In this document: positions 56,854 to 64,000 of the stretch, piece by piece
Layout: the number at the start of each line of letters is the position of its first letter
Numbering within the stretch: position 1 is the first letter of the stretch
NCBI GenBank assembly: GCA_016929445.1
Contig: JAFGIU010000041.1
Coordinates: forward strand, 1,929-65,928
Source of the DNA: Candidatus Omnitrophota bacterium
Lineage (GTDB): Bacteria > Omnitrophota > Gorgyraeia > JAFGIU01
Direction of reading: 5' to 3'
Length of the DNA stretch: 64,000 nt
Program-made: the position numbers and the translations under genes
The notes under the pieces: model-generated
Told to the model about the DNA's origin: nothing
Databases searched by the model: none
Seen by the model: only the letters and a program-made list of their open reading frames with translations

Positions 56854-58747
56854 TAGAGTTTCTTTTTGAGCCGGGGCCCAGATTCTGTTGGCACCATTCT
56901 TCCACACACAGCAAAGACCAAATCAGGAGGCGGCGGTTGACCTTTTCCTCCAAGTGCTCCCGGATCAGACAGTGGACTGCTTTGCGGTCCATAAAGTCAT
57001 AGATCAGGGCATTCTTCGTGAGCAGTTGCCGGCGTACAAATTCCAGGCTTTCGCCGCGGAACCAGCTGGCATCGGGTCCGCTGAATCCCTGCTTGGGTGC
57101 CTGGGATATCTCTGCAGGGAGATGGCGCTCCATGACGCGTCGCAGCAAGAGTTTTCCGTTGTGAGTCCGGGAGTAATACTTGGCGGACTTGGGTCCGGGT
57201 TCGTTTTCGTCGATCCGGAAAGAATCCCGCAGTTTACCGAGCTTGAGCCGGACCGGGAGGGCTATGGCAAAGTCCACAAGGTCGTTGTCCAGGAAAGGCA
57301 CACGCGTTTCCAGCCCGTGCGCCATGCTCAGTTTGTCCTCGATGTTGAGAAGCGCATGCAAAAAAGTCTTGGCCTCCAAGTAAAAGGACTGATTGATGTA
57401 ATCCTCGGGCGATCTGAGTTGGTTGGGATGTTGTTTGAGCACATCTCTGAAGATGTCGCGCGTCCACACCCCCTTGACTTGGGGCCAAACAGGGCTAAAG
57501 ACTTTTTTGATGACCTGGTTGGGAATGAGCCGCTGCCAGTAGAGGTAGTAGTGGTCCACGAATTCTTCGAAATTCGAACTGGAGGCAGCGCTGTAGTAGC
57601 GCCAAGGATAGCCTCCGAAAAGTTCGTCTCCTCCGGTTCCCGCAAGCACCACTTTCACAAAGCGGGCCGCCAACTTGGCCACGCAGTAGTTGGGGTAAGA
57701 TTGGCCGACCCGGGGTTCGCCCAAGTGACGCATGATCTTCGGCAAAACTCTTTCCATATCGCCGGCCTTGAGGATCATCTCATAGTGCTCTGTCTGAAAG
57801 CGGTAAGACATCCGCTCCGCCTTGTCCCGTTCGTCAAAACCGAGTTCGAGCCCGGAGGCCGAATGCAGGTCAAAGCCGGCGGTGAAGGTCTTGATATTGG
57901 GGAGTTCCTTTGCCGCGACGGCGGTGATAGACCCGCTATCCATGCCTCCGCTCAGATAAGCGCCGACCTCGACGTCACTCACCAGTTGGCGTTTCACTGC
58001 CTGGCGAAAAAGCCGGTCAAGCTCTTCGGAGTACTCGGCCTCGCTCCGGACTTGAGCGGGTTCGACAAAACGGTAGTCCCAGTAGCGATGAACGGAGAGT
58101 TCCTGCGAGTTCTCCGCCAGCCGGGCATAAGACCCTGCGGGCAAGAGATGCACTCCTTTATAGAGAGTGCGATCCGTAAAAAAATTCTGAAAGGTGAAGT
58201 ATTCCAAAAGTCCTTCCATATCCGGGGACATTTCGAATGCGGGGTTTGCCAGGATGGCCTGGACCTCAGAGCCAATGAGGAGAGTCTTTCCGCAAAAGGC
58301 ATAGTACAACGGTTTAATTCCGTAACGGTCCCTGCAGATCAGCAGTTCGCGTTGGCGCGAATCCCAAAAGGCGAGTGCAAACATGCCGTTAAAACGTGAT
58401 AGCGCGTCAATTCCCCATTCCATCAGCGCGTAAAGAGCGACTTCCGTATCTCCGCTTGAGCGGAAGCGGTAGCCCAAGGATTCGAGTTCGGTGCGGAGCT
58501 CTCGAAAGTTGTAGATTTCTCCATTATAAGAAAGGGTGTAGCGGCTGTCCGGGCTTTGCATGGGCTGATGCGAGTTTGGCGTGGGGTCGAGAACCGCAAG
58601 GCGGCGGTGGCCAAGACCGAGGTTGTTGTCAATGTGCTGCCCCTGGCCGTCCGGGCCGCGATGCGCCAGGGCCTCCGTCATTTGTTGCAGTGCATTCCGG
58701 GAGACGGGTTTGCCTGAGCGGTTGAAGATGCCGGCAATCCCGCACAC
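56810..58747 (-). CDS. asnB: Asparagine synthase (glutamine-hydrolysing)-like amidotransferase
   Basis: MCGIAG, HRGPD, GHRRL, YNGEIYN, LSGGMDS, GGDELFGGY, RVPFLD. Confidence 0.9.
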   Translation of the reverse strand: MCGIAGIFNRSGKPVSRNALQQMTEALAHRGPDGQGQHIDNNLGLGHRRLAVLDPTPNSHQPMQSPDSRYTLSYNGEIYNFRELRTELESLGYRFRSSGDTEVALYALMEWGIDALSRFNGMFALAFWDSRQRELLICRDRYGIKPLYYAFCGKTLLIGSEVQAILANPAFEMSPDMEGLLEYFTFQNFFTDRTLYKGVHLLPAGSYARLAENSQELSVHRYWDYRFVEPAQVRSEAEYSEELDRLFRQAVKRQLVSDVEVGAYLSGGMDSGSITAVAAKELPNIKTFTAGFDLHSASGLELGFDERDKAERMSYRFQTEHYEMILKAGDMERVLPKIMRHLGEPRVGQSYPNYCVAKLAARFVKVVLAGTGGDELFGGYPWRYYSAASSSNFEEFVDHYYLYWQRLIPNQVIKKVFSPVWPQVKGVWTRDIFRDVLKQHPNQLRSPEDYINQSFYLEAKTFLHALLNIEDKLSMAHGLETRVPFLDNDLVDFAIALPVRLKLGKLRDSFRIDENEPGPKSAKYYSRTHNGKLLLRRVMERHLPAEISQAPKQGFSGPDASWFRGESLEFVRRQLLTKNALIYDFMDRKAVHCLIREHLEEKVNRRLLIWSLLCVEEWCQQNLGPGSKRNSNENRSSQHIQTASV

Positions 58748-58748
58748 G

Positions 58749-59906
58749 TCAATCCGCTCCGTTGGACAACTTTGTCAACGTTTCCACAATGTATCCGAAA
58801 TCGCCGGCCTGCATCCGGTTGTGTAAAGGAAGCGCAAGGGTTTGCTGCGCGCATCGCAGTGCATTGGGGTAGTCTTCCGGATTGAAATGCAACTGATTGC
58901 GATAGTACCCGAGATCAGGAACGCATTGGGTGCCGGGGCGGGTGCTGATGCCGCGCTCTTGGAGTTTGGCCATGAGTTCGTTCCGGCTAAAAGGAGCATG
59001 GGTTTCGTTCACCGTGCAGATAAAGGATTGCCAGGCATGCCCGCAATCAGCGGGAATGCGGGGAGGCTCAAGCCAGGGGATAGCCCGGAGTTCCTCTATA
59101 TAGTAGGCAGCCCAGCGCGCTCGATCCTGAATCATGGTGTCGAGCTTTTCGAGTTGTACAAGCCCGACAGCGCCTTGAAGATCCGTCATCCGGTAGTTGA
59201 ATCCCAATAAGTTGAAGTCCGGCAGCAAATAAGGCTGCGGCCCTTGGTGGCGCTGCTCTTCCGAGATTTCGGCTCCGTGATTGCGGAGCTTGGCCACGCA
59301 TTCGGCGAGCGCCTTATCATTCGTCGTGACCATGCCTCCCTCGCCGGTGGTAATCGACTTGCGCGGATGAAATGAAAACGCGGCGGCAGTTCCCAAACCC
59401 CCTGCGGGCCGGCCCTTGTAAGTGCTGCCCGTAGCGCAGGCCGCATCTTCCACCAAGGGAATACCTTGCGCGGCCTCAGCGATCGCATTCATGTCAGCGC
59501 AGAGACCGAAAAGATGGACCGGAATAATGGCTCTGGTCTTTGGGGTGATTGCTGCACTCAAAGACTTGGGGTCCAGGTTAAATGTATGAGGATCAATATC
59601 CACGAATACGGGCTTTGCTCCGCAGTAGAGCACGGCGTTGGAGGTTGCAACCCAGGTAAACGCGGGGACAATGACTTCATCCCCGGGGCCGATTTCCAGG
59701 GAGGCGAGGATCAAATGCAGGGCGGTGGTGCAGCTGCTTGCGGCGAGTCCGTAGCGCACATGGTGGCGCGAAGCGAAGGCCTGTTCAAACGCGGCGACTT
59801 TAGGGCCCTGGGTGATCCATCCCGACATCAAGGGTTCTTTGAGAGCCTGCCACTCTTCTTCGCCGGTGCAGGGTTGGGAAATTTGAATCGAGCGCAATTT
59901 ATTCAA
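58749..59906 (-). CDS. DegT/DnrJ/EryC1/StrS sugar aminotransferase
   Basis: SSCTTALH, GDEVIVP, PVHLFG, EDAAC, SFHPRKSITTGEGG, GFNYRM. Confidence 0.92.
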   Translation of the reverse strand: MNKLRSIQISQPCTGEEEWQALKEPLMSGWITQGPKVAAFEQAFASRHHVRYGLAASSCTTALHLILASLEIGPGDEVIVPAFTWVATSNAVLYCGAKPVFVDIDPHTFNLDPKSLSAAITPKTRAIIPVHLFGLCADMNAIAEAAQGIPLVEDAACATGSTYKGRPAGGLGTAAAFSFHPRKSITTGEGGMVTTNDKALAECVAKLRNHGAEISEEQRHQGPQPYLLPDFNLLGFNYRMTDLQGAVGLVQLEKLDTMIQDRARWAAYYIEELRAIPWLEPPRIPADCGHAWQSFICTVNETHAPFSRNELMAKLQERGISTRPGTQCVPDLGYYRNQLHFNPEDYPNALRCAQQTLALPLHNRMQAGDFGYIVETLTKLSNGAD

Positions 59907-60889
59907 AGGGCCGCTCCTACTTTGTCCTTGTTACGCCATTCCACAAGCCGTTCAAGCCCTTGCTTGAGTCCGACCGATGCAGTGAACCCGAGTTCTTTTT
60001 GAGCCTTTTGCGGACACCCCACGCGGTTTTTTACAAAAGTCGGTCCGGCGGCCTCATACACAATCTTCTGCTTGGATCCCGTGATTTGCAGAAGCAGTTC
60101 AGCCAGTTCTTTGAGCGTGGTTTTCTTGCCCGTTCCTACGTTGTAAAAGGAATCCACGGTCTCGGACTTCATTGCGCAAAGGTTGGCCGCGGCACAATCC
60201 TGCACAGCCACAAAATCATAGGCCTGAGACCCGTCCCCGTAAAGAATAGGCGGCAGTCCCTCGTCCAAGCGATCCAGAATCCGCATGATCACCGAAACAT
60301 AAGCGCCGTTATAATCCTGTCGCGGGCCAAACACGTTCATATAGCGCAGTCCCACATAGTCGAAGGCTGAGTCTGTTTTTTTGTAGCGATGATAGAGGGC
60401 GCGGGCCATGGCCTCGCCCGCAATCTTGGTGGCTCCGTAAAACGTGCGGTTGTTGAAAGGATGCCCCTCGGTCATGGGTTCGGCAACCGCGTCTCCGTAT
60501 ACAGAGGCGGATGAAGAATAGACAAGTCTTTTGACGGAATTCCTGGCGCAAGCCTCCAGCACGTTGAAGGTCCCTCTGATATTGACGTCAAAGGCGCTGC
60601 GGGGGTATTCCTCACAGTGCAGTAGCCAAAGCGCGGCAAAATGGAAGACGCCGTCCATCCGTTTCATGGCCGCATCCAAGAGCTCCGGGTGCAAAATGTC
60701 CCCGCCGTGCTCAAAGATCCGGGTGCGCGGGTCTTTGAGCGCTTGGCTGAGATTTTCTTTGGAGCCGCGGGCGAAGTTATCAAACACGCAGACTTCTTCC
60801 ACATCCTCTTGGAGGAGTTGGTCTACGGTGTGGGAACCGATCAATCCGGCTCCTCCGATCACCAAAAATCGCTTTCCTTTTAGATCCAT
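59903..60889 (-). CDS. NAD-dependent nucleotide-sugar epimerase/dehydratase
   Basis: GGAGLIGSH, SSSASVYG, YGATK, LRYMNVFGP, GDGSQAYDF; start may extend to 60910/60916. Confidence 0.88.
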   Translation of the reverse strand: MDLKGKRFLVIGGAGLIGSHTVDQLLQEDVEEVCVFDNFARGSKENLSQALKDPRTRIFEHGGDILHPELLDAAMKRMDGVFHFAALWLLHCEEYPRSAFDVNIRGTFNVLEACARNSVKRLVYSSSASVYGDAVAEPMTEGHPFNNRTFYGATKIAGEAMARALYHRYKKTDSAFDYVGLRYMNVFGPRQDYNGAYVSVIMRILDRLDEGLPPILYGDGSQAYDFVAVQDCAAANLCAMKSETVDSFYNVGTGKKTTLKELAELLLQITGSKQKIVYEAAGPTFVKNRVGCPQKAQKELGFTASVGLKQGLERLVEWRNKDKVGAAL

Positions 60890-60933
60890 GGATTCGTCCC
60901 TGTCAGGCATGTCCAAATGCTTGTAGTCTAGCA

Positions 60934-60980
60934 GGTGTCAGGCACCGGTGCCAGGCACCGGTGCCTGACACCGTGAAACG
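60934..60980. repeat. Array of three 13-bp palindromic units plus gtgaaacg; inverted copy of the 4931-4977 element
   Basis: ggtgtcaggcacc ggtgccaggcacc ggtgcctgacacc gtgaaacg. Confidence 0.85.
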
Positions 60981-60983
60981 GGC

Positions 60984-61223
60984 TCAGAAGAGGTTCACGA
61001 ACAGGGCAAAGAGGGCGCCGGTCAGGGCGCCGTCGGCCAGGGCCCACAGGGATCCAAGCAGCAGGCCCCGGAAGGAGGGCCCAAAGCCCCGATAGATCCG
61101 CGAGAGGAGGCGTACCAGCTCCACGCCGGTGCCCCTTCGGGCCATGAGGCCCATCAAAAAGATGCACGATGACCAGGCCACGCCCACACTCAGGGCGCAG
61201 CGGGCCACATCCAAACGATGCAA
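60984..61223 (-). CDS. Small two-TM membrane protein (family often auto-annotated bacteriophage holin)
   Basis: LDV..ALSVG..W…IYRGF..S..G..LG..WALADG..G.LFA..VN pattern; SD GGAG before TTG. Confidence 0.6.
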   Translation of the reverse strand: MHRLDVARCALSVGVAWSSCIFLMGLMARRGTGVELVRLLSRIYRGFGPSFRGLLLGSLWALADGALTGALFALFVNLF

Positions 61224-61290
61224 GCGAACACACTCCTTTCAGCTTCCTTGAACTATCATAGCCCACTGGTTCCCGCAAGAGGAATATCAG

Positions 61291-61392
61291 ATGCGCGCCG
61301 AAGCCAATGCCCGCCGCCTTTTCCTGGCGAGTATTCTCTACTTACCTGTGCTGTTGTGTGTGATGGTGTTGGATCGCGGGGGTCACGTCTAG
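61291..61392 (+). pseudogene. 33-codon ORF resembling the last TM helix of heme o synthase (CyoE/CtaB)
   Basis: MRAEANARRLFLASILYLPVLLCVMVLDRGGHV*, SD-like AGAGGA upstream. Confidence 0.5.
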
Positions 61393-61409
61393 AGAAGAAC
61401 AGCGCGACC

Positions 61410-64000
61410 TTATAACGCAGATTCAAGGTCCAAGGCACTGTCTGCGTCCTGCTGAAGAGCCGGCACAACCATCAAGGCCCGGTCGGACCGGGCTGCGAGA
61501 GGATCGTAATCCTGCATCTGCGTTTCCTTGAAATTTGCCATGGCATGGCCCCAAGCAAATAGATTGTCCCAGAGTTCCTCATAGATGGGCTCAGCTACGT
61601 CCCACGTCTCTGCAGTTCTTGCATCCGCTAGGATAGAGAACAGTTGCCGTAGTCCGCTTTCGAAAACCTGCAAGATTTCGGATTTGGGCGCTTCATAGAG
61701 CGTGACCGTATCTTGGTGGTTCCCTTGCAACCCCAATTCTTCGGGAGTGAAAGAGGCGGGAGAATCGTAAAATACCAGATGCACATCTGTAGAGGGATTT
61801 GTGATGGCCCATGGATTTTGCCGCCACTCCTGCGCTTCCGTCCAGAGAACCTTCAGGGCCTGAGAAAAGAGGTCCGGATACTCATGTGTACGCATGTAGG
61901 ACAGTGTTGTGAGTGAGTCCTGTGTGGCTGACCGGTAGAGTTGAGTAGCATTGTCGCCGTCAGAGAGATCCGCTGTCCTGAGATCGCCGGTATACATTCG
62001 TTGGTATTGATCGCCCAAGTGGTCTATTAGCACCTTTAGACTGAGTCCGGAAAGCTCTTCCAAGTGATCGAATTCGTCTGCCCGAGAATCGCCGAACCTC
62101 CCAGAAAGGGTCCAAAGGATGCGATGGCGGCGTTCGAGTTCCTTCCACTCCTCTTTGAATTGTTCGATCAACCCGTGCGCTGTTTGGGCGTTTTGGTCAA
62201 ATAGCATCCTGCGCTGGATATTTTGCGCTCTGCGCTGTCTCAGAGCCGCGGTATTCTCCTGCTCCAAGGCATAGACAACGGCAAGATCCCTGCCGAGTTC
62301 TTCGAAGTCAAGGTCCTCAAAGGCACCGGCAGTTTCTTGATCTGCTTCGTTTAGCAGCGCTATGTGCATTTCCCATCTGTCCCAGATCTCGGCGGCTGTC
62401 TCGTTTAGACGCGGGTCTACGACCCCAAGGGGAAGGGCACTCCACCGCTGGAAAAAGAAGCCGAGGATCTTCAACTGGTTTCTGGCTGATGCTCTTCCGG
62501 ATCTGTGGATTCCGGAAGGATTTTCCTGCATGCCCAGGCGTTCGAAGACCGTATTCCGGAATCGCTGAAGCTCCTGAAGCGCGTCAGGAATGGAGGGGTT
62601 ATCGCCCGGTGCTCCAATTCGGAGCAGATCAGAAAGAAACATTGAAGCCATCCCGGCTGGGAAGTATTCACTCCCCATTGATTGCCGATCGTATTGATCT
62701 CCTTCCCGGATGTTTTGCGCTCTCCTTCTGAAATACTCCAGGCGTGTTGTGAGGTCCAGCCATGTTCCGATTTCATAGTCCGGTAAAGGAACGAGTAGGA
62801 ACTGTGTACCGGTGTACCCGCCGCAAAATTCGGTGAACTCGTCTATTTCGCGTTTGAGCCGCGCCACTTCAGCCTCGGCACCGGCCAACCGGGTTTCAAA
62901 ACGGGCAAGGCTCAGTTCCCGGTCCAGGTTCTGCATCTGGCGTATCACTCGGACGGAGTGGACTGTACCGGGGTCGGCCTCTAATTCGGATTGGATGTCC
63001 CTGTATTGACCCACAAGGTCTTCCCTCATGCGATTGAGATACTCGGGAGGCCAGGTGTCATCCGTGAATTGGGCAATTTGTTGCCGGAGTTCATGGAGTG
63101 CCACGAATCGCGCCTCAAGTTGCGCCAGCCAGGTTTGGAGATAGGAGCCTGTTCGAGTGGCTCTGTCGAGCGATTGGACACTGCGGGCGATGTCTTCCAG
63201 GTCTGTGCGTCCTTGATCCGGAGGAGCATTTCCTCTCCCGATTTGGTCTTCCAGCGAATTGATATTCTGTATTAGCTCTCTCAGTTGGGGATCGATGCTG
63301 CTTCGGCCGTCCTGATCCAATACCCGCCGGTTCTGCATATCATCTACTTGCGGGCGCACTGCATCCTGCAGGAACGCTGCCAGCTCGGATTGCAACGGAT
63401 GCGGGACAAATACCCTGAGGGGCAGGTAGTTGTGCGGGTCTAAATTGCCCAAAGCGAAAAGGGCGTCCCGGATGTTGTAGATGCCGGGTAGAATATGACG
63501 CAGGTGGCCAGGAGCCAAATACGTTAAGACAAGCGTATCTGCCAGGATATCCGCCCGCACTGTTCTGTCATTACCTTCCACAGACTGCACTTGAATGCCG
63601 TCCAAGTTCTTGATTCTTGACTGCCAAAAGTCCATCTGCGGGTTTTCCGGTGCCTCCTCGCTGTAGCGGAAGAATAGCAGCAAGGCATTTCTGAGAGTCT
63701 GTCGCACTTCGGCTTCTGAAAGCCTGTTGTTCCCTAAGAAGACATCGGGCAATTCCGCCCGTGCAGCCAGACGCTCCGCGTACAGGATAGGAGCCAGGCG
63801 CAGTGCGCCCTGATTGAGTGGGGCCAAATAGTCCGGATGGATATCCAGAAGAAGGTGGGCATACAAGGCTTCCAGATCTTCACCGTCCAGCTCCGGAGCC
63901 AACAACTCTGTGAGTTCGTGAAAGACTGTTCGGCAAAAGCGTTCCGGTGTGATTTCCTCGAGCTGGCCGGGCCGGGTTTCAGAGGGCCATTGCCGGTTGA
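61410..64000 (-). CDS. Large helical/coiled-coil protein, 5' truncated by window edge; HExxE motif; C-terminus LESAL
   Basis: Frame has no stop from 63905 to the window end (…FCRTVFHELTELLAPE…). Confidence 0.72.
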   Translation of the reverse strand, partial: NRQWPSETRPGQLEEITPERFCRTVFHELTELLAPELDGEDLEALYAHLLLDIHPDYLAPLNQGALRLAPILYAERLAARAELPDVFLGNNRLSEAEVRQTLRNALLLFFRYSEEAPENPQMDFWQSRIKNLDGIQVQSVEGNDRTVRADILADTLVLTYLAPGHLRHILPGIYNIRDALFALGNLDPHNYLPLRVFVPHPLQSELAAFLQDAVRPQVDDMQNRRVLDQDGRSSIDPQLRELIQNINSLEDQIGRGNAPPDQGRTDLEDIARSVQSLDRATRTGSYLQTWLAQLEARFVALHELRQQIAQFTDDTWPPEYLNRMREDLVGQYRDIQSELEADPGTVHSVRVIRQMQNLDRELSLARFETRLAGAEAEVARLKREIDEFTEFCGGYTGTQFLLVPLPDYEIGTWLDLTTRLEYFRRRAQNIREGDQYDRQSMGSEYFPAGMASMFLSDLLRIGAPGDNPSIPDALQELQRFRNTVFERLGMQENPSGIHRSGRASARNQLKILGFFFQRWSALPLGVVDPRLNETAAEIWDRWEMHIALLNEADQETAGAFEDLDFEELGRDLAVVYALEQENTAALRQRRAQNIQRRMLFDQNAQTAHGLIEQFKEEWKELERRHRILWTLSGRFGDSRADEFDHLEELSGLSLKVLIDHLGDQYQRMYTGDLRTADLSDGDNATQLYRSATQDSLTTLSYMRTHEYPDLFSQALKVLWTEAQEWRQNPWAITNPSTDVHLVFYDSPASFTPEELGLQGNHQDTVTLYEAPKSEILQVFESGLRQLFSILADARTAETWDVAEPIYEELWDNLFAWGHAMANFKETQMQDYDPLAARSDRALMVVPALQQDADSALDLESAL

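Noticed and set aside
56888-58399. 503-aa plus-strand ORF
   Set aside because: Antisense shadow of asnB
60984-61223. Holin-like gene as evidence of a prophage
   Set aside because: No endolysin, integrase or structural phage genes nearby

Overview
Bacterial chromosomal window, fairly GC-rich; gene content and the large low-annotation secreted proteins suggest a PVC-superphylum lineage such as Ca. Omnitrophota (inference, not demonstrated). Recognisable genes: a sugar ABC binding lipoprotein, heme genes (HemD-HemE fusion, hemH), gdhA, glgX flanked by three related histidine kinases, a complete Rrf2-sufBCDSUT operon, bcp, and two blocks of surface-glycan genes (sqdB, GT2/GT4/GT39-like transferases, Wzx, AsnB, DegT, FemAB-like GNATs, deacetylases, many SAM methyltransferases). 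No rRNA, tRNA, CRISPR array or transposase was seen. The main unexplained signal is a family of four dispersed, large modular proteins (5105-7021, 8614-13419, 40503-45917, 61410->64000). All four end in [LI]-[DE]-S-[SA]-[IL]-COOH, the three with a visible N-terminus have a signal peptide followed by a related ~45-aa segment, and their middles carry different enzyme-like cargo (ROK kinase, SAM methyltransferase, HD hydrolase, HExxE). This looks like a tagged export/effector system. Also notable: five copies of a 56-bp element (13-bp inverted arms, exactly 30-bp variable spacer), 13-bp palindrome arrays near or inside those genes, and many starts that look leaderless.
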